Source: an uncultured delta proteobacterium
Lineage (GTDB): Bacteria > Myxococcota_A > Polyangia > Polyangiales > B10-G4
NCBI GenBank assembly: GCA_963727445.1
Contig: CAVSGI010000013.1
Span: 17,316 to 81,315, forward strand
DNA: 64,000 bases
Direction of reading: 5' to 3'
The translations under genes were made by a program, and so were the position numbers. Below are positions 9,427-18,084 of the stretch, piece after piece. The notes beneath the pieces were generated by a model. That model was not told the DNA's origin. It searched no databases and saw nothing but the letters and a program-made list of their open reading frames with translations. The stretch's first letter is position 1. The number at the start of each line of letters is the position of its first letter.

Positions 9427-10113
9427 GTGTGGTCCTCATCACTCGTCGAGATGCCTCGAGCTACTGCATCCATCCTCGTCCGGGAGCCGACCCCCAAAGG
9501 GGAACCTCTCGATGCCGAGCGCGTGCTGGCGGCCGAGATCGCACCGGGATTCGACGACGCCACGCTCGTCCGGCGGGCCCTCGAGGGTGACACCTGGGCG
9601 GAAGAGGCCTTGTTTCGCCGCCATGTCCGGGTAATCGCCAGGACGGTGTTGCGACTTCTGGGCAATCGAAGCGAAGCGGAGGACGTCGTCCAGGACACCT
9701 TCGTTTCGGCGTTGGCCGACCTGCACAAGCTCCGGGATCCGTCCTCCGCTCGCACGTGGCTCATCGGGATCGCCGTTCACCGGGTCCACCGCCGGTTTCG
9801 CCGTCAGAAGCTGCGGCGGCTCCTCGGTCTCGAGCGCGCGTCCGAGGGGCCGCTCGAGCGACAGGCGAGCCCAGGACTAGACCCGGAGCGGCGCGCGGAG
9901 CTGGCCCTCCTCGATGCACAGCTCGAGCGCTTGCCCGCGAAGGATCGAACGGCGTGGATCCTCCGCAACGTCGAGGGCATGTCCCTCAAGGAGACCGCCG
10001 ACGCCATCGGCTGCTCCCTCGCGACAATCAAACGGCGCATCGCGAAGGCCGAGGCCGCAATCCGCGCTCACGTGGACCTCGCGCCACCATTGTCGGAGGT
10101 CTCCGATGGCTAG
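9427..10113 (+). CDS. ECF (σ70 group 4) RNA polymerase sigma factor
   Basis: Region-2-like 'EDVVQDTFVSALADLHKLRDPSSARTWLIGIAVHRVHRRFRR' and region-4 HTH 'RTAWILRNVEGMSLKETADAIGCSLATIKRRIAKA'. GTG start at 9427. Alternative ATG at 9451. Confidence 0.8.
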   Translation: MWSSSLVEMPRATASILVREPTPKGEPLDAERVLAAEIAPGFDDATLVRRALEGDTWAEEALFRRHVRVIARTVLRLLGNRSEAEDVVQDTFVSALADLHKLRDPSSARTWLIGIAVHRVHRRFRRQKLRRLLGLERASEGPLERQASPGLDPERRAELALLDAQLERLPAKDRTAWILRNVEGMSLKETADAIGCSLATIKRRIAKAEAAIRAHVDLAPPLSEVSDG

Positions 10114-11278
10114 GCTCTCTCGACCCGTGGACCAGCACCTCGACGATCCCGTCAACGAGGAGATGATGTACCGCCTGTGGCGCGGGGTGGGGCAGGCCCG
10201 CGCGGCTGCGCGGGGACAGAAGCCGTCTCGTTGGTTGATGCCTGCGCTCACCGGGGTCGGCGTCGGCGCGCTCGCCCTGGCGGCGCTGCTCTTCACTCTG
10301 CCGCCCAGCAGGGGGCCGGAGCCCCTTTCGCTCGCGACAAACGAGGCGCTTCCGAGCACCCTCAGCGCTGGCGCAGAGCCAGAGCACCTGCGTCTCTCCG
10401 ACACGTCCGAGATCGCGCTCGCGCCGGACACCGAGCTCCAGCTGGTCACGAACCATCGTGGCGTCTTCGAGACGCGCCTTCTTCGCGGCGTCGTCTCCAT
10501 GGACGTCACCCCCGGTGGTCCCCGACGATACCGCGTCGATTGCGGGCTCGCGCTGGTCGAGGTCGTCGGCACGCGGTTCGAGATCGAGCGGAGCGAAGCC
10601 GCGGTGGCCGTCCGGGTCTCGCGGGGGCGCGTGCGCGTCACAGACAGGGTGCGGTCGCGGGTGAGGGAGCTGGGTCCTGGCGATTCGTGGGCCATCCTCG
10701 CGGCACCGAGCGAGGCCGTCGCGCCGGCGCCGTCCCACCCGCCGGCCGCGCCCAGCCCAACGCCATCGTCGACGCGCGAGCCGAGCCCACCTCCGTCGAC
10801 TGGCTGGCGGCAGCTCGCCGCTCAGGGCCGCTGGGACGAAGCGTGGGACGAAGTGGGACCCGCGCGGATCGCGGCGCGCGCTCGGGCCGCGGACGGCGAC
10901 GAGCTCCTCGCCCTCGCCGATGTCGCACGTCAGTCGGGTCATCCAGAAGCGGCGGTAAGGCCGCTCGAGACGCTGCTGTCGCGCTATCCGAACGACGCGC
11001 GGGCCGGACTGGCCGCCTATACCCTCGGCATCCTCCGAATGGATCGCCTCGACCAACCGGCGGAAGCGGCGGAAGCCTTCGAGCGCGCGCTGTCGGCGGG
11101 GTTGCCGGAGCATCTCGTCGAGCACGCGATGGGCCGCCTCGCCGTCGCCCATCACCGCGCGGGAGAAGACGACGCCGCGCACACCGCCGCGCGACGCTAC
11201 CTGGCGCGGTTTCCCGATGGGCCGATGGCCCAGGACGTGAGAGCCTACGCGCGGGGGGGCGACGAATTCGATCCATGA
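10106..11278 (+). CDS. Anti-sigma factor (FecR-like) with a single TM helix
   Basis: Start MARLSRPV overlaps the σ-factor stop by 8 nt. TM 'WLMPALTGVGVGALALAALLFTL'. FecR-like β-rich segment 'GTRFEIERSEAAVAVRVSRGRVRV'. TPR-like C-terminus. Confidence 0.7.
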   Translation: MARLSRPVDQHLDDPVNEEMMYRLWRGVGQARAAARGQKPSRWLMPALTGVGVGALALAALLFTLPPSRGPEPLSLATNEALPSTLSAGAEPEHLRLSDTSEIALAPDTELQLVTNHRGVFETRLLRGVVSMDVTPGGPRRYRVDCGLALVEVVGTRFEIERSEAAVAVRVSRGRVRVTDRVRSRVRELGPGDSWAILAAPSEAVAPAPSHPPAAPSPTPSSTREPSPPPSTGWRQLAAQGRWDEAWDEVGPARIAARARAADGDELLALADVARQSGHPEAAVRPLETLLSRYPNDARAGLAAYTLGILRMDRLDQPAEAAEAFERALSAGLPEHLVEHAMGRLAVAHHRAGEDDAAHTAARRYLARFPDGPMAQDVRAYARGGDEFDP

Positions 11279-12405
11279 GGCGGCTGCGCTCATCGACCGT
11301 CGGCACGCTCGGCGGCACGGTGCTCGCGCTCTGGATGGCGACCGCCACTGCGCGCGCCGACGAGCCGACCCCGATGCCCGCGCGCGTCGCGGTGCAGCCT
11401 CCCGGCTGTGAGCTCACCGTGGAGGAGATCGTACGCCTCCTTCGGATCGAGCTCACCGGGGACGGGGTGAGCGACGTCTCAATCTCGTCCTCCGATGGCG
11501 AACATGCGCTTGGGGAAGAGGATAGCGACACGACCGCGGCGATCGTGCGGCTGGAGGCGATCCCGTGCGAGCCAAGCGCGGTCGAGCTCGCCGTGACCAT
11601 CGACAATCTCGTCACGCACAAGCAGGTGCGCCGGGTCCTGTCGACGAGCGGTTTGCCCGAGGCGACCCGCGCTCGCGCCATCGCGCTCGGCATCGCCGAG
11701 CTGCTGCGCTCCAGCTGGGCCGAGCTGTCGCTCGCGGACGTTCAATCGTCGCCCCTGGCGGCGTGGCTCCGCACGCGCCTTCGCATCGAGCTCACGGACC
11801 GCTCGAGGGCCGCCGACACAGAGTCCACGGAAGCGCTCGCGACCCCCGAGCCCACCCCGACACCCGTCGACAAGCCGACCGCGCGGGTCCCTGCGCTCCT
11901 CGGCGCGGCGACGCTGGCCCTCACCGCGATGCCGAGCGGAGGAAGTGCCTCCATCGGTGGGGCCCTCGACGGCGCGTTTCGGCTCCTGGTGGACGCCTTC
12001 GCGCTTCGCGTGGAGATCGCCGCGCAGCTCGGTCGCGCCGAGGCGCGGCTGGGCGGTGTCGATCTCGGCATGGCCACCCTCGCGCTGATCCCCGAGCTTC
12101 GCAGCCCCATGGGCCCGGCGCTCTTCGCCGTCGGCCCGAGCGTGACACTGGGTGTCGGCTGGGCGAGTGGTCAGCCCGACCCCGGTATCGACGCGTCGTC
12201 GGGTGCCGAGCTCATCGTCTCGGCGGGGGCGGAAGTGCGCGTGCTCTTTCCGCTCACCAGCCAACTCTGGGGCACCTTCGGCCTGTCCGGGGGGTACATG
12301 GTTCGCGGCCTGTCGACCGTCGTCGACGCGGCCCCCGATGGTGGCCTCGTCGGGCCCTACGTCGCGCTGCGCGTCGGCATCGCCCTTTCGTCGAGGGGAT
12401 CATGA
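11275..12405 (+). CDS. Secreted hypothetical protein, co-operonic with the ECF σ/anti-σ pair
   Basis: ATG at 11275 overlaps the anti-σ stop as ATGA. Signal peptide MRRLRSSTVGTLGGTVLALWMATATARA. The ORF-track N-terminus (10177-11274) is shadow. Confidence 0.55.
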   Translation: MRRLRSSTVGTLGGTVLALWMATATARADEPTPMPARVAVQPPGCELTVEEIVRLLRIELTGDGVSDVSISSSDGEHALGEEDSDTTAAIVRLEAIPCEPSAVELAVTIDNLVTHKQVRRVLSTSGLPEATRARAIALGIAELLRSSWAELSLADVQSSPLAAWLRTRLRIELTDRSRAADTESTEALATPEPTPTPVDKPTARVPALLGAATLALTAMPSGGSASIGGALDGAFRLLVDAFALRVEIAAQLGRAEARLGGVDLGMATLALIPELRSPMGPALFAVGPSVTLGVGWASGQPDPGIDASSGAELIVSAGAEVRVLFPLTSQLWGTFGLSGGYMVRGLSTVVDAAPDGGLVGPYVALRVGIALSSRGS

Positions 12406-13595
12406 GACGGCTGCTGCTGATCGCGCTTCTGCTCGCCATCGGCTGCGCGGACGCTCCCGTCGAAGTCCTCGGCCGGGCGCCTCCCACCTACTGGGGCGAC
12501 GTCGCCCCGGTCCTCGGGCCCTCGTGCACCTGCTGCCACCAACCCGGTGGCTCCGCGCCGAGCCTCGCCTCCCCCGAAGAGCTGGGCCTGTATTTTGACG
12601 ACGCCCTGCGCACGATCGCCGAGGGTTCGATGCCCCCGCTGCCCGCCGGGCCGGCCACCGAGGGCTGCGCCATGAAGCAGCCAGAGGCCCCGCGCCTCTC
12701 GGCCGCCGCGGTGGCGCTGCTTCAGCGTTGGGACGACGGGGGGCGCTCGCCGGGTGATCCCGCGTCGGCCCCCCCGCTGCCGGCGACCTGCCGCCCACCG
12801 CCCGCGGACGCGGAGACCATCGCGGTCACCGTGCCCCCGTTCGACCTCGGCGCCGAGCGAGTCTTGACGGTTTGCTTTGCCGTCGATTTCGATCGACCCG
12901 TGGACCGATACGTCACGGGCCTACGCGTTCAAAGCGCGCCGCAGACGCTGCGCGCGCTCGCTCTCTACGTCCCCGATGCATTCGACCTCGCCGACGCCGA
13001 CGGTGAGCCTTGTCCGGCGTACGACCCCTTCACAACTCCCGTCCTGGCGGCGACCTGGGGAGGTGAATCCGAGATGCGCTACGACGACGGCGGCGTACCC
13101 CTGCCGCGCGACGGGCCCCTGGCCATCCGCGCCGTGTATGACCTCACCTTCGCAGATGGCGACGCGCGCCCGAGGCCCGTCGACCTCGAGATCGAGCTTC
13201 GCCCCGAGAGCTCCGTGTCACTGGTGGACCACTTGATTCTGAGCGTGGATGCCGATCTGCCTCTCGAGGCGGGCGGGATCCGAGAGAGGGGGACTGTCGG
13301 TAGCTTCGTCGCGCCCCGGCGCATCGTCGGCGCATTCATGGTGATGCACGAGCTCGGCCAGCGCGTGGAGGTCGAGCTCCGCCGAGACGGAGATGAGACC
13401 TGTCGGATCGTCGACGATCCCTTCGAGGTCGGGTGGGTCAGACCGGTGGTCTTCGAGCCGCCATTCCCCCTCGTCGATGAGTTCGCGCTGCGGTGCCGAT
13501 GGGACCTGAGCGGACAGAGCGAGGACGTCCCCTTCGGCAACCCCCCGCAAGGGGAAGCCTGCCTCGCGCTGTTCCTCGCCGAAGCGCCTCCATGA
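12402..13595 (+). CDS. Lipoprotein with an N-terminal CxxCH cytochrome-c-like module and a degenerate PHM-like domain that has lost its copper ligands
   Basis: ATGA overlap with the previous gene. Lipobox MRRLLLIALLLAIGCADA. 'WGDVAPVLGPSCTCCHQPGG...MPPLP' aligns with the N-terminus of 13610-14797. The positions of HH, H, HxH and M in the paralog are replaced here (TLRALALYV, IRAVYDL, MVMHELGQR, GEACLALF). Confidence 0.6.
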   Translation: MRRLLLIALLLAIGCADAPVEVLGRAPPTYWGDVAPVLGPSCTCCHQPGGSAPSLASPEELGLYFDDALRTIAEGSMPPLPAGPATEGCAMKQPEAPRLSAAAVALLQRWDDGGRSPGDPASAPPLPATCRPPPADAETIAVTVPPFDLGAERVLTVCFAVDFDRPVDRYVTGLRVQSAPQTLRALALYVPDAFDLADADGEPCPAYDPFTTPVLAATWGGESEMRYDDGGVPLPRDGPLAIRAVYDLTFADGDARPRPVDLEIELRPESSVSLVDHLILSVDADLPLEAGGIRERGTVGSFVAPRRIVGAFMVMHELGQRVEVELRRDGDETCRIVDDPFEVGWVRPVVFEPPFPLVDEFALRCRWDLSGQSEDVPFGNPPQGEACLALFLAEAPP

Positions 13596-13609
13596 CGTCA
13601 AAGCGTGCG

Positions 13610-14797
13610 TCACCCCTCCTCCGCGAAAACGAACGCGAGGCACATCTCGTCCTCGGTGCCGGTGCCGAAGATGACGGGGTCGGCGGTGGTGTTGTCGAAG
13701 GTGCAGTGGAGCCGGATTTCGTCGTTTGGACCGACTTCGACGGGCTCTTGGAAGAAGTAGTAGCTCTGCCAGTCGAAGTCCCACGCGGGTACGTCGACGA
13801 GGGTGCGTTCAGCGCCTCCCCCCACAGGCACGAGAGAGACGGTGATGCGCCGGCCGAGGAGGTGCATGTGGGGGAAAACGCCGTAGAGCGTGCGAGGACC
13901 GATGAGCACCTGCTGGTCGACTTCGTACCCCACTGTGCGTGGGGGAATCGAAAAGCTCGTCTCGGCGATCAGGAGCGAGCGCGCGGGCCGCTCAACCGAA
14001 GGCACGGTCTGGAGCTGAACCTCGGCCGGAGCCACGACCGGCTCGGCGAGCGGGTGGTAGTGCACCTGCACGACGAACGGCTGGTCCGCCCCCACGCGCA
14101 CGCCGGTTCCGGGCGGGAAGCGCGACGCCCGCTCGCCCGGGGCCCAACCACCCACCATTCGCGTGCCGAACACGCCCGCGTCGCCAAAGCACGAATAGCC
14201 GGGCCCGGCCTCGCTCTCGTCCCTCGCGCGCGCCGCTGCGGCCGCGCTCTCGTCCACGGTCGCGAAGAGGATGATGTGATGGACCACCCGTGTATCGCCG
14301 GGGATGACCTCGAGCGCGGTGACGTAAGCGTCTCGCGGTGGACCCTCGGCGACGAAACAACGGTAGTCATCGTCGACGCCTGCCGGGGGAACGTACTCGG
14401 CGCCGACCTCGAAGACGAAATCCGGTGACTCGAGCTCCGTGGTCGGCGGCGTCAGAGCCATGCCAGTGCCAATCTCGGGCCCGCGCGCGAGCCACGCCAG
14501 CAGTGCGTCGCGCTCCTCGCCGGGCATGATTCGGGTATCGTCGAGGGGCACGCACCCCTCGCAGGTCGCGGGCGGAAAGGGGGGCATCGTTCCATCGGCG
14601 ATCACGGAGGCGACCAGTGATGCCCGCGGCGCGAAGTCCGCCGCTTCGGTGAGCGGAAAGGGTGCGATGCCGGCTTGGTGGTGGCAGCCGATGCATCGCC
14701 GCGCCACGATCGGTGCGACATCCGCCCAGCCGGTCTCCGCGTCGGGTGCGCAGGCGCTGAGGACGCCGAGCAACGAGAGGAGCGCGCCGTGTTTCAT
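13610..14797 (-). CDS. Lipoprotein combining a c-type cytochrome-like CxxCH module with a PHM/DBH-type copper type II monooxygenase core
   Basis: Lipobox MKHGALLSLLGVLSACA. 'DVAPIVARRCIGCHHQAGIAPF...DGTMPPFPP' is a CxxCH motif with an MPP Met ~30 aa downstream. 'YRCFVAE', 'VHHIILFA', 'GGWAPGERASRFPPGTGVRVGADQPFVVQVHYHP', 'FPHMHLLGR' and 'GTGTEDEMCLAF' parallel the PHM motifs VHHMLLFGC, ...FRVGGETGSKYFVLQVHYGD, H-x-H and TSSDEMCNLY. All six Cu ligands (HH+H, HxH+M) are present. Confidence 0.7.
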   Translation of the reverse strand: MKHGALLSLLGVLSACAPDAETGWADVAPIVARRCIGCHHQAGIAPFPLTEAADFAPRASLVASVIADGTMPPFPPATCEGCVPLDDTRIMPGEERDALLAWLARGPEIGTGMALTPPTTELESPDFVFEVGAEYVPPAGVDDDYRCFVAEGPPRDAYVTALEVIPGDTRVVHHIILFATVDESAAAAARARDESEAGPGYSCFGDAGVFGTRMVGGWAPGERASRFPPGTGVRVGADQPFVVQVHYHPLAEPVVAPAEVQLQTVPSVERPARSLLIAETSFSIPPRTVGYEVDQQVLIGPRTLYGVFPHMHLLGRRITVSLVPVGGGAERTLVDVPAWDFDWQSYYFFQEPVEVGPNDEIRLHCTFDNTTADPVIFGTGTEDEMCLAFVFAEEG

Positions 14798-14905
14798 GTC
14801 CCGTGGGGACCATGACGCGCGCGCAATGGCTCATCTACACGTGAGCCGTTCGACACGGCTGGGGGTCCTCATGCACATGTCAGGGAACGTCGGTCGCGAG
14901 GGGGG

Positions 14906-16456
14906 GTGCCCATGAGGGGGGTTGCGTTCGCGTGGGGAATGCTGGTGCTCGCGGCGGCGTGCGGCGACGGCACGGGTGGGGGGGACGACACGGGGACGAT
15001 GGACACGGCACCCGACATAGTCGAAGGGGGAACGGACGCGGACAGCGGACCTCCGCCGGGCCTCGACGACCGCTGTCTTCCCCTGTGGGAGGCGGCGGTC
15101 GGCGCGGCCGAGAGGTACGGGGCGGCCGGTGGGGGCTTCGCGCTCGTACTGGAGGGTGCGCTGGTCTGTACGGTTCCCTACGGAGCGGAGCGTCGCGAGT
15201 CCGGGTCCCCGCTGGTGACGACCGAGACCTGGTTCCGCTGGCCGCAGTGGGACGGCCTGGTCATGAAGCTCGCCGCGCTCGAGCTCGCCGACGCAGGAGC
15301 GCTGGACCTGGATGCGTCGGTCGAGTCGCTCGTCGGCGATCTCGACCTCGAGCCGGCGGTGTGGGCCAGCGCGCTCACGGTTCGACATCTCGTCTGGGGT
15401 CGGTCGGGGCTGCCTTCTACAGCCCCCCCTTTCGCGGGACATGTGGACTTCGGGGAGGCATGTGCCGAAGACGGGCCGAGCGCACGACAGTGGTGGGACG
15501 CCTTCGAAGACGGCGGGCGGGTCATGTGGGCAGAGCCGGGCTTCACACACACGTACGGGCGGAACGAGGGCGTCCTGTTGCAGCTCGTGCTCGAAGAGGT
15601 GACCGGCGAGAGCGTCGCCGACACGATCCAGCGCACGATCTTCGACCCGGTAGGCATGGACAATTCCCGTATCGGCTTCGGGCCGGAGCATCACGAACGA
15701 CAGATGTATGGGTATGTGACCAGCGACATCTCCACGGACACCGTCACGCGCCTCGACCACCTGGTGAACGCCTGCGGCGCGGCGTTGGGCACCTTCGGTT
15801 TGACGACGACCCTCGACGACGCCGCGCGGCTCACCCTGACCCTCGCCCGGGGCGGCGTCGACGAAGGCGGCGCGCGCGTGCTCGCGGAGAGCAGCATGGC
15901 GGCGCTCGTGGAGCCGCGCGGCCCGACCTGGAACAACTTCGAGGTGGCCGCCGGGCCGGTGGTGTACCTCCACGAGGGCGCTCCCTTGTTGCACACGCCC
16001 TCGCACCTCGCGGGCTTCAGCGGCGGCGTCACCCTCGTGCCCGACGCGGGCTTCGGGGTGATCGAGCTGAGCAATCTGGACTACTGGCGCATACGGCATG
16101 TGGCCGAGGTGGCGGCGGTCGAGCGCTACGTGGGCGCGCCCTGGCCCAACGCCAACTACGAGGTACCCATGCCCTGGGAACCCTCCGACATGGAGCTTTC
16201 GGAATACGCAGGCGCCTACGTCGCTCCCATCGGGTGCCTCGAGGACTCGATCGAGCTGCAGGACGGGCGACTCGTGGCGCGTGGATTCGCCCTCGTGCCG
16301 CGTACGCCGGATCGATTCAAGAGCCCTGCTGGGCACCTGGCGTTCTGGCGGCGGGACGGGGCCATCGCCGAGTTGCTGTCGCCTGCGGACGAGTTCGCGT
16401 TCTACCCCGTGGACGCCGTACCGCCGGAGATCGCAGCCCTGGCCTCGTGTCCGTGA
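14906..16456 (+). CDS. Lipoprotein of the β-lactamase / serine-hydrolase fold, apparently lacking the SxxK nucleophile
   Basis: Lipobox MPMRGVAFAWGMLVLAAACGDG. 'YGRNEGVLLQLVLEEVTGESVADTIQRTIFDPVGMDNS' matches the class-C β-lactamase/esterase block (YxN...GxS...IFxPLGM). The expected 'FxIGSxSK' position reads 'FRWPQWDGLVMK' with no Ser. Confidence 0.6.
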   Translation: MPMRGVAFAWGMLVLAAACGDGTGGGDDTGTMDTAPDIVEGGTDADSGPPPGLDDRCLPLWEAAVGAAERYGAAGGGFALVLEGALVCTVPYGAERRESGSPLVTTETWFRWPQWDGLVMKLAALELADAGALDLDASVESLVGDLDLEPAVWASALTVRHLVWGRSGLPSTAPPFAGHVDFGEACAEDGPSARQWWDAFEDGGRVMWAEPGFTHTYGRNEGVLLQLVLEEVTGESVADTIQRTIFDPVGMDNSRIGFGPEHHERQMYGYVTSDISTDTVTRLDHLVNACGAALGTFGLTTTLDDAARLTLTLARGGVDEGGARVLAESSMAALVEPRGPTWNNFEVAAGPVVYLHEGAPLLHTPSHLAGFSGGVTLVPDAGFGVIELSNLDYWRIRHVAEVAAVERYVGAPWPNANYEVPMPWEPSDMELSEYAGAYVAPIGCLEDSIELQDGRLVARGFALVPRTPDRFKSPAGHLAFWRRDGAIAELLSPADEFAFYPVDAVPPEIAALASCP

Positions 16457-16905
16457 GACCGGGGGGTGACCGGACCGGGGGGGGGAGATCGTGACCGGGT
16501 TGGCGGGGGGGCGGGGAGATCGTGACCGGGTTGGCGGCGCGACGGATGACGCTGAACGACGCTTCGCGCGCCATGAAGAGGTCAGTTGTGTGAGCATGAG
16601 CGCCCGGCGCGTCTCCAACCGCACAGCAGAAGCGGAATCGACCGCTGTCAGGGGGAGATCGGACCGGGGGGAGATCGTGACCGGGTTGGCGGCGCGACGG
16701 GGAGATCGTGACCGGGTTGGCGGCGCGACGGATGACGCTGAACGACGCTTCGCGCGCCATGAAGAGGTCAGTTGTGTGAGCATGAGCGCCCGGCGCGTCT
16801 CCAACCGCACAGCAGAAGCGGAATCGGCCGCTGTCAGCAGTGTTCTCTCTGTCGCAGGTCCTCGGCGAATACACCGATGCGTGTCCGCGCTTCGCGCAGA
16901 CACAC
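16457..16905. repeat. Tandemly duplicated transposon-flanking repeat array
   Basis: 'ggggagatcgtgaccgggttggcgg' occurs four times in full and twice in part. A ~135-bp unit (ggagatcgtgaccgggttggcggcgcgacggatgacgctgaacgacgcttcgcgcgccatgaagaggtcagttgtgtgagcatgagcgcccggcgcgtctccaaccgcacagcagaagcggaatcg[a/g]ccgctgtcag) is duplicated at ~16516-16650 and ~16695-16830. A subterminal imperfect hairpin sits at 16871-16912 (acaccgatgcgtgtc ... gacacacatcggtg). Confidence 0.8.
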
Positions 16906-16935
16906 ATCGGTGCCCGACGGGCGCCGCGATGATCG

Positions 16936-18039
16936 CTACGAAGGCGGGGGCCGGCGCTTGGGCGCGGGTGCGACGCGCACGCCGTGGTGCACACGCATCC
17001 ACCACGTGCCGTGAGGGAAGACGACGCGGCGGTCGCCCGCCGTCCAGCGCGCGAGCTTGGCGTCGTAGGTGGCCTCGAAGTCGCGCGCTTCCTCGATCGC
17101 GGCGAGAGCGGCGTTCAGGTCGCCCCCAGCCTTGAAACGCGGGTTGAGCTTGCCGAAGAGCTCCCAGCTCTTGGCCCTGGCGGTGCGCGGGACGCGCACA
17201 CAGCGGCGAGCGCCCTTGAATGCGATGCCTTCCTGTGCCGCCTCGGCATGGGCGGCGCGCTCGTACTCCCGAACGCTCTCGGCGATGCGCGCCCGCGCGC
17301 CGCGCTCGCCATAGGCGGCGATGAGCTGCTCGGGCATCTCGAGGCGGAGCTCTGCGCTCTCGGGCCAGTCGGGGTTTTCGGGGTCGAAGTATCCGTCGGG
17401 GCGTGTGGCTTTGATGACGCGCCTGCCGATGTCGCCGGGGAGCGTCTTGGCCCCGGGCCAGTCCTTGGCGTAGCGGACGGCGAAGGCGGACACGGCATTG
17501 GCGATGAGGTAGGCGATGTCGTCGACGAGCGCGTCCGCGGTCAACGGCTCGTGCTCGCCCTTGAGGTATTTGTTGAAGACCTCCTCGGGCCAGCCGAGCA
17601 GCGCCTTCATCCCCTGCGCAAACGTGCGATGAAAGTCGCGCTTGAAGTCGGGCTGCACGCCGCGCACGTCGGTGTAGACGAGGTGGATGTGCGTCGACAT
17701 CAGTATCGCGGCATGAACGCGGACGCCGTGCTTGTTCGCGGCCGCCGCGAGGCAGTACCAGAAGAGATTTTCGACCTGGCGATGCTCGTCTGGGCGGAAC
17801 AGGAAGTAGCGGCGCGTCGTGCGCCGGACCGTCGTCCAGACCTTGCCCTTGATCACGCGCTTGCGGCGCGTACGCATGCGCCGGCTGCGCAGATGTCGGT
17901 CATAGGTATTTGTCGGCTTGCGGAGCGCGCCCATGCCGACCCGGCGCTGCCAGAAAGGCGCCAGAAATCGGCGACGTGATTTCGAGCACTTGCGCCGAAA
18001 AAACGGCGAACCCTCCGCCACCCGCCGGCGGTCCGCCAC
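16936..18039 (-). CDS. HUH-family (IS200-like / REP-associated tyrosine) transposase
   Basis: HUH motif 'MSTHIHLVYT'. Tyr-containing 'VDDIAYLIANAVSAF' resembles the RAYT YxxxNPV motif. Arg/Lys-rich N-terminus. A likely true start is the ATG at 17934 (MGALRKPTN...). Confidence 0.6.
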   Translation of the reverse strand: MADRRRVAEGSPFFRRKCSKSRRRFLAPFWQRRVGMGALRKPTNTYDRHLRSRRMRTRRKRVIKGKVWTTVRRTTRRYFLFRPDEHRQVENLFWYCLAAAANKHGVRVHAAILMSTHIHLVYTDVRGVQPDFKRDFHRTFAQGMKALLGWPEEVFNKYLKGEHEPLTADALVDDIAYLIANAVSAFAVRYAKDWPGAKTLPGDIGRRVIKATRPDGYFDPENPDWPESAELRLEMPEQLIAAYGERGARARIAESVREYERAAHAEAAQEGIAFKGARRCVRVPRTARAKSWELFGKLNPRFKAGGDLNAALAAIEEARDFEATYDAKLARWTAGDRRVVFPHGTWWMRVHHGVRVAPAPKRRPPPS

Positions 18040-18084
18040 CTGCGGTTTTGTCGCGGTTTCTCATCCGTGCTGGCCTTGGAGGCA

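Noticed and set aside
10028-11293. 421-aa minus ORF antisense to the anti-sigma factor gene, and similar long antisense ORFs (26611-29178, 59373-61262, 46975-48903, 7561-9231, 20693-22072 N-terminal part)
   Set aside because: All are Arg/Pro/Gly-rich and overlap sense-strand genes that have recognisable motifs or signal peptides. They are expected artefacts of ~70% GC sequence.
14831-17005. 724-aa minus-strand ORF spanning the β-lactamase-like gene and the repeat array
   Set aside because: It is antisense to a well-supported lipoprotein gene and runs through the non-coding tandem repeats. R/P/A-rich shadow frame.
16491-17135. 214-aa + ORF with an internally duplicated sequence (…ATDDAERRFARHEEVSCVSMSARRVSNRTAEAES… twice)
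   Set aside because: The duplication simply mirrors the 135-bp DNA tandem duplication flanking the transposase. The composition is Arg-rich with no start context, so it is treated as non-coding repeat.
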